Source: an uncultured Candidatus Saccharibacteria bacterium (lineage in GTDB: Bacteria; Patescibacteriota; Minisyncoccia; Phycocordibacterales; JAKFXT01). Taken from it: DNA of 64,000 bases. The notes beneath the pieces were generated by a model. That model worked only from the letters and a program-made list of their open reading frames with translations. It was not told the DNA's origin and ran no database searches. The position numbers and the translations under genes are program-made. The stretch is taken from contig CAYLPX010000003.1 of the NCBI GenBank assembly GCA_964385825.1, positions 37,559 to 101,558 of the forward strand, in the 5' to 3' direction. Each line of letters opens with the position of its first letter. Positions within the stretch are counted from its first letter, which is position 1. This document shows, one piece after another, positions 9,282 through 18,630 of the stretch.

Positions 9282-9612
9282 AAAAATATCTAAAGAGAAT
9301 TAAACTCAGAGCAACAATTGGAATGGAGTAACTTAAGGAAACTAACAACTTACTACCTTCTACTTCCTTTTTTAAAAAGGAAACTAAATCAATTAAAAAG
9401 CCAATTAGTACAAAAACTATATTAAGTAATGTAAATATAGCAGTAAAAAATTCTGGCCACTCTTGGCTAACTCCCCTTGAAGTATAGATGAGGTCATGCT
9501 CATTTAATATGTATGCAAGTATGGTCATAAAAAACTGAATCATAATAACCCAGAAAGCAAGTCTCAAAAAAATATTCTGTTTAAAGATACTTATATTCAT
9601 ATTTTTATTCAT
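9274..9612 (-). CDS. Small integral membrane protein (112 aa)
   Basis: Start chosen at ATG 9612 (MNKNMNISIFKQ...). It overlaps the stop of the upstream transketolase subunit (ATGAATAA). Three predicted TM helices. Confidence 0.5.
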   Translation of the reverse strand: MNKNMNISIFKQNIFLRLAFWVIMIQFFMTILAYILNEHDLIYTSRGVSQEWPEFFTAIFTLLNIVFVLIGFLIDLVSFLKKEVEGSKLLVSLSYSIPIVALSLILFRYFYA

Positions 9613-10474
9613 GCTCAGCTTTAATTTTCCCACCAAGTGTTCGTAGTTCCCGAAGCGCCATCTCTGCCTCTTCTTTCTTTGGTGGCTTGCCATGCCACTC
9701 TGGGCGATGTTCAAACTCAAGAACTCCTTTTCCAGGGATGGTGTGAGCAATAATGACCGAAGGTTTTTCAAATACTGCCTGCGCCTCATTAAACGCGCGA
9801 TCAATAGCGGCAATATTGTGCCCGTCTACTTCCTCCACATGCCAGTTGAACGACTCCCACTTAGCGCGGAGTGACTCAAGCGGCATGATGTCTTCAGTGA
9901 ATCCATCGATCTGAATATTGTTGCGATCTACTATAGCTATGACGTTGTGCAATTTCTCTTTTCCGGCAAGCATAATAGCCTCCCAATTCTGACCTTCATC
10001 AAGTTCTCCGTCTCCCATAAAACAATAAAAGAATTTCTCGGTCGCGCGGCCAAAATCTATCCTGTCTGCGAGTGCCATGCCGACTGCCTGCGAAAGCCCC
10101 GAACCAAGTGGACCAGAGGAAGTTTCAAGTCCAGGGAGTGCTTCTTTATGTGGGTGCCCCTGAAGACGCGAACCAAACTTACGAAGGGTTTTAAGTTCAG
10201 AGACAGGGAAATATCCAGCGTGAGCCATAGTGGCATAAAGTACTGGGCAAATATGTCCATTACTCAAAATCACCCGATCGCGCTTATCCCATGTTGGTTT
10301 CTTTGGATCATGACGAAGGGTGTGAAAGTATAGTGTAGTAAAAATGTCTGCCATACCAAGTGGTCCTGCCGTGTGTCCTGAACCAGCTTCAAGGAGCATT
10401 TCAATAATAGACTTACGAATATCATTCGCTTTTAGTTCCAGCTCCTTTATTTTTTCATCACTTAAATGTTGCAT
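9605..10474 (-). CDS. tkt: Transketolase, N-terminal (thiamine-diphosphate-binding) subunit
   Basis: GSGHTAGPLGMADIFTTLY, GHICPVLYA, GDGELDEGQNWEA: TPP-binding half of transketolase. Confidence 0.85.
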   Translation of the reverse strand: MQHLSDEKIKELELKANDIRKSIIEMLLEAGSGHTAGPLGMADIFTTLYFHTLRHDPKKPTWDKRDRVILSNGHICPVLYATMAHAGYFPVSELKTLRKFGSRLQGHPHKEALPGLETSSGPLGSGLSQAVGMALADRIDFGRATEKFFYCFMGDGELDEGQNWEAIMLAGKEKLHNVIAIVDRNNIQIDGFTEDIMPLESLRAKWESFNWHVEEVDGHNIAAIDRAFNEAQAVFEKPSVIIAHTIPGKGVLEFEHRPEWHGKPPKKEEAEMALRELRTLGGKIKAEHE

Positions 10475-10476
10475 AA

Positions 10477-10923
10477 CTATAAGCTTCTATAATTTATTTT
10501 ATAAAGATGAAAAATAAAACGGAAAAGACTGTAAACAACAGCTGCTTCTGTGGCCAAATAACCTATTGAGAGCTCATCAGTAAGTGGGAAAATTGGATGC
10601 GCTAAAAACGTAGTGTCCGTATTAGAAAAAGTGATTACATACCAAAATTTTATTATCAAAACAATCAAAATTATAGATAGCAATTGTAAAATTGCGATAT
10701 ACGCCCTTAAAAACAACTTCATCTCTTTATTCTTAAAAGTTCCTGTATAGATAAAAAAATAGTTCACGAGTAAAAAAAGTATAAGACAAGGGGCGATAAA
10801 AAATAAATAGTTTACGGGACCAAAAATTTGAGACAGTACCCCATAGTAAGCTATCCCTACAGTTAAATACACCGCAGAATATATAGTCAACAAAAAATCT
10901 AAAAAAGTAATTATTTTTTTCAC
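10477..10923 (-). CDS. Integral membrane protein (148 aa, 4-5 TM)
   Basis: Highly hydrophobic ORF 2 nt upstream of the tkt N-terminal subunit, in the same operon. Confidence 0.5.
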   Translation of the reverse strand: MKKIITFLDFLLTIYSAVYLTVGIAYYGVLSQIFGPVNYLFFIAPCLILFLLVNYFFIYTGTFKNKEMKLFLRAYIAILQLLSIILIVLIIKFWYVITFSNTDTTFLAHPIFPLTDELSIGYLATEAAVVYSLFRFIFHLYKINYRSL

Positions 10924-10927
10924 ATTA

Positions 10928-11638
10928 TTAATTAAAATTTTGCAAGACGCGGATAGCTTCTTTCACATTTCCCGACTTAAGTAAGTACGAACCAGAAACA
11001 AGTCGTGTGGCACCTGCTTCTATGAGTAGCGGCGCTGACTCATCATTAACCGCTCCGTCAATACTGATTATAAGATCAGGGTACTTTGCTTTCAAAGTTT
11101 TTACTCGCGCTACTGCCTCCTTTGCAAAGGGTTCGCCTTGGTAGCCTATATGCGCTATACCCATATGTTGCACAAAATCTACATAGGGAATGTATTTATC
11201 AAGATCACCAAGTGAGGTTGCTACATCTATTGCCACACCCACCTCAGGCGCCAGTGCCATAGTCTCCCTTGTGCCATACTCCTCACGAATTTTTTTAATG
11301 GTTTCAAGTATCATATTACTACTTTCAATGTGGAGTATAACGCGCGTTGCCCCAGCCTTAATCCACTCTAGAGCATCCTCTTCAGGATGACTTACCATGA
11401 GATCGATTTCATAGTTCACCTTTTCCCACTCCGGAAGTCCGAACTCTTCAGCAATTACACTCTGAAGCTCTCCTTCATCATTTTTATATGGCCAGGTTTT
11501 TTCTTTCACAAACCTACCATCCATAATATCGAGCTGAATATTTTCAACATAGGAAGAAAACCGAGCTGCTTTATCTTCTAAATCAGTCCAATTTTCTGGC
11601 ATTATCGCCGGAATGATTTCAATTGAATTATTGTGCAT
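10928..11638 (-). CDS. rpe: Ribulose-phosphate 3-epimerase
   Basis: DIMDGRFV motif and TIM-barrel layout of Rpe (HIESS..., ISIDGAVN). Confidence 0.85.
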   Translation of the reverse strand: MHNNSIEIIPAIMPENWTDLEDKAARFSSYVENIQLDIMDGRFVKEKTWPYKNDEGELQSVIAEEFGLPEWEKVNYEIDLMVSHPEEDALEWIKAGATRVILHIESSNMILETIKKIREEYGTRETMALAPEVGVAIDVATSLGDLDKYIPYVDFVQHMGIAHIGYQGEPFAKEAVARVKTLKAKYPDLIISIDGAVNDESAPLLIEAGATRLVSGSYLLKSGNVKEAIRVLQNFN

Positions 11639-12080
11639 CTATTTTATCTATTCTACGAACATGACGTTCGTCACGACCAAAGGGTAATTCGAGCCACATT
11701 TTTACCGCACTTTCAGCTTCAGGTTCATTCAAAAAACGAGCACCGAGGGAAAGAATATTGGCGTTATTGTGTTCACGCGAAAGACGGATAATCTCTTCAG
11801 TTCCGCCATAGTACACCGTAGCGCGTATCCCCTTGTACCGATTTACCACCATGGCTTCGCCTTGCCCTGAGCCACCGAGGATAATCCCGCGCGTTGCATC
11901 AGGATCGCGCAGTACCTCCTCTGCCACAAGCCGAACGTAATCAGGGTAATCATCAATTGGATCAAGTGAGAAAGGACCCTTATCAACCACCGTAAACCCT
12001 AGAGACTTCACATATTCTGCTAAGTGATTCTTAAGTTCAAACCCCGCATGGTCGGACGCTATATAAACAGTTAAAGCCAT
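11628..12080 (-). CDS. rpiB: Ribose-5-phosphate isomerase B
   Basis: RpiB/LacAB family, 150 aa (MALTVYIASDHAGFELK..., GIILGGSGQGEAMVVNRYKGIRA). Confidence 0.85.
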   Translation of the reverse strand: MALTVYIASDHAGFELKNHLAEYVKSLGFTVVDKGPFSLDPIDDYPDYVRLVAEEVLRDPDATRGIILGGSGQGEAMVVNRYKGIRATVYYGGTEEIIRLSREHNNANILSLGARFLNEPEAESAVKMWLELPFGRDERHVRRIDKIDAQ

Positions 12081-12082
12081 AC

Positions 12083-13114
12083 TTAAATATATTTTCCAGA
12101 CGCAATGACATGCTCAACAAGTGCATGAGTATACCCCATTTCGTTGTCATACCAAGCACATACCTTAACTAGGTTCCCGTCTATAACACGCGTAAGCCCA
12201 AGGTCTGCAATAGAAGCATACACACTTCCTACGATATCAGAGGACACGAGTGGTTCATCAGTATATGAAAACACTTTCTTCCAGCGTTCCTCTCCCGCTG
12301 CTTTTCTAAATAAATCATTTATTTCCTCAACACTTGTATTACGCTTGGCAATAAAAGTAATGTCAGCAATAGACCCTGCTGGAATAGGTACGCGCATTGA
12401 AATGCCATCAAACTTACCAAGGAGATCAGGAAGTGCTTTCGCTACCGCTATAGCTGCCCCCGTTGAAGTAGGTACTATGTTTTGTGCAGCTGCACGCCCC
12501 TCCTTCCAATCCTTTTTAGCTGGACCGTCCACAATAGACTGACTGGCAGTGTATCCATGCACCGTTGAAAGTACCGCCTTCTCAATACCAATGGCTTCGT
12601 GGAGTATTTGCATTACGGGACTTGCTGAGTTAGTAGTACAGGAAGCGTTAGAACTTATGGACACATCAGCAAGTGCTGAATCATTGATCCCCATTAAGAC
12701 TGTTGCTCCTGGGGCGTCCGTTGTGGGTTCATCCTTAACTGGTGCGGTGATAACTACACGCTTCGCGCCAGCCGCTAAATGTACCTTGGATTTCTCATAA
12801 CTAGTAAAAAGGCCAGTAGACTCAATAACAATATCTACACCCATGGCCCCCCAGGGAAGCAATGTTGGCTCCTTCTGACTTACAAACGCGATTTTCTTAC
12901 CATTAACGATAATATAGTTTTGCTCCCCCTTCTCAGTCGTAACTTCAAAACCACTTCTGCCATATACAGTGTCATATTTGAGGAGATACGCTAAATTATC
13001 CACGTCCCCTAAGTCATTTATAGCGACAATATCCAACTCTGGACGAGTACTAGCTATCTTAAAAAATGCACGCCCGATTCTACCAAACCCATTAATTGCA
13101 ACTTTGATTGCCAT
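12083..13114 (-). CDS. gap: Glyceraldehyde-3-phosphate dehydrogenase (type I)
   Basis: NGFGRIGR Rossmann start and ASCTTN active-site Cys motif. Confidence 0.9.
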   Translation of the reverse strand: MAIKVAINGFGRIGRAFFKIASTRPELDIVAINDLGDVDNLAYLLKYDTVYGRSGFEVTTEKGEQNYIIVNGKKIAFVSQKEPTLLPWGAMGVDIVIESTGLFTSYEKSKVHLAAGAKRVVITAPVKDEPTTDAPGATVLMGINDSALADVSISSNASCTTNSASPVMQILHEAIGIEKAVLSTVHGYTASQSIVDGPAKKDWKEGRAAAQNIVPTSTGAAIAVAKALPDLLGKFDGISMRVPIPAGSIADITFIAKRNTSVEEINDLFRKAAGEERWKKVFSYTDEPLVSSDIVGSVYASIADLGLTRVIDGNLVKVCAWYDNEMGYTHALVEHVIASGKYI

Positions 13115-13222
13115 AAAAAATAATCGTTACTGATATAAGTCCCTTCAGTATACCAAGAGGAAAGTCCCCTTCCTAGTAGGAAAATATAAGAAATCTTGTG
13201 GTAGGATAGATATACTTTACCT

Positions 13223-13630
13223 ATGCTATTAAAGGCCCTGTCCATCCTCTTAATACTTGTACTTGCGGGACTCGCGTATTTTTTTGTTGTATCAGAATAC
13301 CTCTTCGTAACTAAGACAACTGGACTTCCGCTTTCCCTCCTTACTTATCGGGGGGGAGATACCTCGGGCGACACTACTGCTACTGTATATCAATTCCACA
13401 TCAGCACTGCGCAATTTGAAAAACTTGCTCCCTCCTTTAAAAAAGTAGTTCCTGAAGGGTATGGATACAGCCTATTTACGAGTTTGACGATGACCAGGAA
13501 CCCTTCTTTCGCTCCACCAGAAAAAGGAAAGGATGTGTTGATCGCTAAAGGAGAAAACGGGAATACTGCTTGGTTAGCCTATTTTGATGAAAAATCAGAG
13601 AAACTTTGGATACTTATCTCCCACGCTTAA
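13223..13630 (+). CDS. Hypothetical membrane-anchored/secreted protein
   Basis: N-terminal TM (ALSILLILVLAGLAYFFVV), no known motifs. Confidence 0.45.
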   Translation: MLLKALSILLILVLAGLAYFFVVSEYLFVTKTTGLPLSLLTYRGGDTSGDTTATVYQFHISTAQFEKLAPSFKKVVPEGYGYSLFTSLTMTRNPSFAPPEKGKDVLIAKGENGNTAWLAYFDEKSEKLWILISHA

Positions 13631-13633
13631 AAA

Positions 13634-14104
13634 CTATTTCGAGCTTTGAGTGGTAATCTCGAGCTTTCCACTTTCAAGTTTAACCCCCTGCTTATCTTTG
13701 TATGTCCAGAGAGTAAAGGTTGTGCTGCCAACTACAAATTCATATGGAGGATTGGGTAATTGACCATTTCCTATTTTAAGCCGTTCCTCCTTCCCTTGTA
13801 GATCTGTAATTATATAATCGTCGGTTTGAACACTGGCCACCTCCCCACCTTCAGAAACAATACCAAACCTACCAAGTGAAGTTAGCGTAAAATCCTTAAA
13901 CTTTATTGGTTGCCCCTTTTCATAACTCACTGGAAAGTTATAGGGATGAATCATGTTTCTATCATAGCCACCACCCATTATTGAAGGTGTTTTTTCTACT
14001 GCATAACGAGCGTACGCTAACACACCACCAATAATTACAATACTGAGGACAAGGATTCCAATAATCATATATTTTTTATGTATACTCATTACTTTATAAA
14101 ACAA
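13634..14104 (-). CDS. Hypothetical membrane-anchored protein
   Basis: N-terminal TM (MIIGILVLSIVIIGGVLAY), convergent with the previous gene. Confidence 0.45.
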   Translation of the reverse strand: MFYKVMSIHKKYMIIGILVLSIVIIGGVLAYARYAVEKTPSIMGGGYDRNMIHPYNFPVSYEKGQPIKFKDFTLTSLGRFGIVSEGGEVASVQTDDYIITDLQGKEERLKIGNGQLPNPPYEFVVGSTTFTLWTYKDKQGVKLESGKLEITTQSSK

Positions 14105-15313
14105 TTATTCTCTACTTTGTTTACCTGAAAACTGCTCCGGACTCAGTGTTTCCCTTTTAGTAACGACCATAGTTCCATTCACCAGCTCCTTGATTATATG
14201 CACATACGAGCAGTTTGCATCAACTGAACAATCGCCATCTTGAGGCATATTCTGACTCTCCTCCCTTATTAAAACATACTTACCATTGCGGAATTGATAG
14301 GTTTCATCATAAAACAGATCTCCTATCCCTCGGCCCAAATTATCTGAAGTGATAGTTTTTTTAGACAAATCTTCACTTGGGTTCACTATACTACTTAATA
14401 ATGGAGTGGCGTCAAACATATATGTCTTTGGGTTATATACATAATAATCATAATAAAAATTATATGCACCTGAAGAAGTCCGCACTTTCATATCAAGATA
14501 TCCATCATAGTTAATATCCAGAAGTTCAACTGCATCAACTAATAAGAATGGGCCATTTCCATATAAGTTAGTTATGGAAATACCGTTTAACTCTGCCTCA
14601 TCGACTAAAGTTAATTTCCCCCCACTGCTATTACTTACTTCCAAATTACCATTATCAAGAAATGAAAATGTTACAGGCGGCTCAGCTTTCCCCATCGAAA
14701 GTACACAGGAAAAAGGCAGTAACACCGATGAATCTATCGTCCCACCCTGAAGTAGCGCTTCACACATCTCTTTATTTTCTTTAGCACCTCTTACAAAACT
14801 TTTCTGACTTTCATGTAGGTTAGTACCAGTTCTAACAAATTGAATTTCTTCCCCATATTCACTCTCATCAATTACCCCATCTTTATCTGAACTCTTGAGA
14901 ATAAACTTATTACTCGATGGAAACGTAAGGACATACGTATTCTCCACTACTTCATCTTTTGTGCTATATGAAAGTTCCTCTAAAACAAGGTTTCCATTGC
15001 CACTTTCTTTAATTTTAAAACGTCCAACCTGCCATAAAGAAGCTGGTTCATCTGTTTTTGTATACGTGCGCATATACGCACCCCTCTCAGTACTAACAAA
15101 CCCTCTGTATTCAGGACTGACGTCAGGCTTTGAAAAATCAATAACCGTACCCCACTTTTTTTGGTACACGACTTTCCATGTTCCCAGAATTCTTTCCTCT
15201 GGTGTTTTCTGAACCAAGCTATATTTTATCCCTAAAAATAAAATGGCTATAACCACTAAAATAAGAACTCCTTTAAATACTCTTAGTATTCCCTCATTTT
15301 GTATGTCATTCAT
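14105..15313 (-). CDS. Hypothetical N-terminally anchored extracellular protein (402 aa)
   Basis: Single TM near the N-terminus. Tyr/Asp-rich beta-like region (NYDGYLDMKVRTSSGAYNFYYDYYVYNP). No assignable domain. Confidence 0.5.
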   Translation of the reverse strand: MNDIQNEGILRVFKGVLILVVIAILFLGIKYSLVQKTPEERILGTWKVVYQKKWGTVIDFSKPDVSPEYRGFVSTERGAYMRTYTKTDEPASLWQVGRFKIKESGNGNLVLEELSYSTKDEVVENTYVLTFPSSNKFILKSSDKDGVIDESEYGEEIQFVRTGTNLHESQKSFVRGAKENKEMCEALLQGGTIDSSVLLPFSCVLSMGKAEPPVTFSFLDNGNLEVSNSSGGKLTLVDEAELNGISITNLYGNGPFLLVDAVELLDINYDGYLDMKVRTSSGAYNFYYDYYVYNPKTYMFDATPLLSSIVNPSEDLSKKTITSDNLGRGIGDLFYDETYQFRNGKYVLIREESQNMPQDGDCSVDANCSYVHIIKELVNGTMVVTKRETLSPEQFSGKQSRE

Positions 15314-15318
15314 ATGTG

Positions 15319-16218
15319 TTAAAAAATAAGTGACTGCTGATCAAAACCAGGGTCTTCTTCTGCATTTGCAACCCACACGAAGTTGTCACTTCCCTCATGA
15401 AATTCAAAATAGTAGACTCCATCAGCATAAAAGCCATATTCTCCATTAGTATTGCAGCTATCCTCGGGTATCCCTCCGTCTGCTTCTTTTTCTAATTTAT
15501 CAAAATAAATAGCGTCCGGCGTTATTTGAAAAGCTCTTTTGCTTTTATCTGCAAACCCTTTTGCAGAAAAACCTGGTGCCCGCTCTTTCACTACGCAATG
15601 TTCTCGTTCATATGAAGTGGGTAGTGTGTCTATAAATAAACGCTCTAGTACATGCTCTGGTGCTTCTCCACTTCTTTTTTTGAATAACTCTACTATCCTC
15701 GTCTTTGCTGTTGTTCCATCGTCATAGGTGATTTTCCGCTCCAACCCCCTTTCATCAAGCATAACCTCCAATGCATAGGTGCCAACCTTACATGATTCAA
15801 CTTTTGCAGAAATAATAGTATCAGTAAGTTCCCTCCACACACACCCACTCTGTAGTTGACCTGCCTCATTCCTTTGTGAGAATTTTAGAGAACCCTCCCA
15901 TTCCCATACATAAAGCCCTACCATAAAGATACACACGGCAATAAAAGGACTATAAAACCAAAACTTACCAAAAAGACTTTTCGGTAACCCTTGCCCCGCG
16001 TTCCTAATACACTTCCAACCAGCAAATAGTGAAATTGGAGTAAAGGCCACTAAACCAAAAGCAGTGAGAAGAACCCCTATATTACTTGTTGCCGTTGGTG
16101 AATCAAAAAGTAAGACCCTAAAAAATAAAATAGTTACAATATTCCCTAAGCCCAACACAATCCAAAATCCCCCAATGCACCACTTGAACCATCTTTTCCA
16201 ATTTTGAGATTGATCCAT
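15319..16218 (-). CDS. Hypothetical polytopic membrane protein with soluble C-terminal domain
   Basis: Three to four N-terminal TM helices followed by a Cys-containing soluble domain. Confidence 0.5.
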   Translation of the reverse strand: MDQSQNWKRWFKWCIGGFWIVLGLGNIVTILFFRVLLFDSPTATSNIGVLLTAFGLVAFTPISLFAGWKCIRNAGQGLPKSLFGKFWFYSPFIAVCIFMVGLYVWEWEGSLKFSQRNEAGQLQSGCVWRELTDTIISAKVESCKVGTYALEVMLDERGLERKITYDDGTTAKTRIVELFKKRSGEAPEHVLERLFIDTLPTSYEREHCVVKERAPGFSAKGFADKSKRAFQITPDAIYFDKLEKEADGGIPEDSCNTNGEYGFYADGVYYFEFHEGSDNFVWVANAEEDPGFDQQSLIF

Positions 16219-16240
16219 AAGTTAGAATATGCGCTGAACC

Positions 16241-16480
16241 CTAATTTTGAGTGATGCTTTTACGAAGATGGCAGGTATCATAGGTATTCTTATCAACCTC
16301 CACACCTTCAATCAAAGCATCCGTTAATAATTTTTGATTGAAAGGTACTTCCGTTTCCCCAGTCTCACCATAAAACTTACAATAAAACTTTTTAGTAGCC
16401 CCGTCATAGCGAAACATTACATCATCAAAGTTGTAATCTATGTATACATCACTATCTTTAAGATTTTCCTTAATTCCCAT
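16241..16480 (-). CDS. Small hypothetical protein (79 aa)
   Basis: Complete ORF in operonic spacing. Confidence 0.35.
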   Translation of the reverse strand: MGIKENLKDSDVYIDYNFDDVMFRYDGATKKFYCKFYGETGETEVPFNQKLLTDALIEGVEVDKNTYDTCHLRKSITQN

Positions 16481-16488
16481 ATAAATAC

Positions 16489-17175
16489 TTACTTAACATA
16501 TTTTTCTAATTCCCCAAGTAATGTTTCAAGAGTCTCCATTTTCTTTGGATTAAGGAGGATTTTGCACCTTTCTTTATTATCATCGAAGAAATCTCGTGTG
16601 TCACGCGCCCAACTTGAGGTTGTAAGTCCGATCATATTGTCGAGTATCCTCCTTTCATCAGTTCGCTTTGCTTTATTTTCAAATTCAAAAGAACGATTAA
16701 GCTCAGTAACTAAAAAATTAATCTTTTCTTCAAGCTTATCAGGATTATGATCACCCTCAACACCAAACTCTTTATGAAACTCATTGAGTGCATTCACTAT
16801 CCCAGTGAGCCACTCTACCCTAGCCCTATCAGTTATCACCTTTGCCGCAGGAACAAGCTCGGCTTCTCTTTTGTTTAGTTTATTAATAACCGCTAACACT
16901 TCTTTAACAAGCTTTTTATCTTCCCCCTCTTTCACTGTAGAGACCCAATCAAGAGTAGTGAAATCAAGCTTATTGTCTTTATCTAAAAGATCTCTAAGTT
17001 CTTTAATCTTTGCCTTATCCCCCACCGCATCAAGAAAATTATCAAGATCTTGTCCTAAAAAATCAGCACTTTCTCCCACCTCTATAACATCCTCCATGAA
17101 ATCCGCTTCTTTCTGTAGGAAATTTTTCTTTATACTTGCCTCAAGAAGTGCTCTAGGGGTTTTTTTGGTTGGCAT
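16489..17175 (-). CDS. Hypothetical cytoplasmic protein (228 aa), acidic/helical
   Basis: Complete ORF, no motif recognised. Confidence 0.45.
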   Translation of the reverse strand: MPTKKTPRALLEASIKKNFLQKEADFMEDVIEVGESADFLGQDLDNFLDAVGDKAKIKELRDLLDKDNKLDFTTLDWVSTVKEGEDKKLVKEVLAVINKLNKREAELVPAAKVITDRARVEWLTGIVNALNEFHKEFGVEGDHNPDKLEEKINFLVTELNRSFEFENKAKRTDERRILDNMIGLTTSSWARDTRDFFDDNKERCKILLNPKKMETLETLLGELEKYVK

Positions 17176-17187
17176 AATACTTAAAAA

Positions 17188-18609
17188 TTAACCTAGTAGT
17201 CCCTTAATCAAATCCTTAAGCATCTGTGGATTGGCACTGCCCTTACTTTTCTTCATCCCCTGACCCACCAAAAACATAAGGGATGATTCTTTCCCACTCT
17301 TATACTCGGTTACCGCTACTTCATTTTCGGCTATCACTTCTTCGGCTATCTTTTTAAGTGCCTCAGGATCGCTCCTTTGTAATAGCCCTTTTTCTTCAGC
17401 TAGTTTTTCCGGATCAGCATCCGTTTCAAAAAGTAAAGCTAGCAAATCCTTGGCTCCGCGAGAGGAAATCTTACTCTCCGCCGTCATACTAATAAGGCTC
17501 GCAAAGTTTTTAGGAGTTACGGCAAAATCCTTACCAGTGCTTTTGGTAAGTCCTGCCAAATCTGAACTTATATAGTTTGAGGCGAGTACCATAAGCTTCT
17601 CGTTGTTTAACATACCAGAGACTGTATCGAAAAAGTTTCCATAGCGCTCATCATTAACATACATTTCTGCATCCTCATTTTTTAGTCCTAACTTTTGGTA
17701 CCGCGCGCGACGTTCCCATGGTAGCTCTTTTATTTCTGCACGAAGCTTCTCTCGACTAAACTCCGGGATTTCGCTGATGAGTAACTTTGGCAAATCAGGA
17801 TCGGGGAAATAGCGATAATCATTAGAATTTTCTTTAATACGCTGGCTAAATGTTTTCTGTTTAGTTTCATCCCATCCGCGAGTTTCTTGTAGCACTGTTT
17901 CCCCACGATCAAGCAGCTCACTCTGACGAGTAATTTCATAAGCAATAGCCCCGGCCACTGCTCGGAAGGAATTAATGTTTTTTATTTCTGCCTTAGTCCC
18001 CCGCTTACCCTCCTCTGCTACTGAAATATTCACCTCCACACGCATCTGCCCCTTTTCCATATTAGCTTCACCTGCCCCTAAGTATCGAAGTAGTAATTGT
18101 AGCTCCTTACCAAAACGAACTGCTGTTTCCGCATCATGAATAACTGGTTCAGTTACGAGCTCCATGAGTGGTACCCCTGCACGATTGTAATCAACTAAAC
18201 TAAAGTCACCCTGATCATGACTTGAACGAGCAGTATCTTCTTCAAGGTGCACTCGAGTTATAGCAACTCCTGCAAGCTCTCCTCCGCTAACTAATGGGTA
18301 CTTGTACTGACTAATCTGATACCCCTTTGGAATATCAGGATAAAAATAGTTTTTACGATCAAACTCAGTAAAATCTGCTAGTTTCCCCTGTACTGCCGTG
18401 CCCACCTTCAGTACATGCTTTACAGCCTCTTTATTAATAACAGGGAGCGTTCCCGGATGTGCCATACAAATAGGACAGATGTTCACATTCGGACGCTTTT
18501 CATCAGGGTCGTTCCTACTATTACAAAACATCTTAGTTAGTGTTTTGAGCTCTGCATGGACCTCCAGTCCGATAGTTGGGATGTATTTTGACATTGCTAG
18601 ATTATACAA
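17188..18609 (-). CDS. gatB: Asp-tRNA(Asn)/Glu-tRNA(Gln) amidotransferase subunit B
   Basis: MSKYIPTIGLEVHAELKT... N-terminus and full-length colinearity with GatB. The start may be the second Met (18594). Confidence 0.85.
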   Translation of the reverse strand: MYNLAMSKYIPTIGLEVHAELKTLTKMFCNSRNDPDEKRPNVNICPICMAHPGTLPVINKEAVKHVLKVGTAVQGKLADFTEFDRKNYFYPDIPKGYQISQYKYPLVSGGELAGVAITRVHLEEDTARSSHDQGDFSLVDYNRAGVPLMELVTEPVIHDAETAVRFGKELQLLLRYLGAGEANMEKGQMRVEVNISVAEEGKRGTKAEIKNINSFRAVAGAIAYEITRQSELLDRGETVLQETRGWDETKQKTFSQRIKENSNDYRYFPDPDLPKLLISEIPEFSREKLRAEIKELPWERRARYQKLGLKNEDAEMYVNDERYGNFFDTVSGMLNNEKLMVLASNYISSDLAGLTKSTGKDFAVTPKNFASLISMTAESKISSRGAKDLLALLFETDADPEKLAEEKGLLQRSDPEALKKIAEEVIAENEVAVTEYKSGKESSLMFLVGQGMKKSKGSANPQMLKDLIKGLLG

Positions 18610-18630
18610 AAATCTCCTAGAATACTGAAA

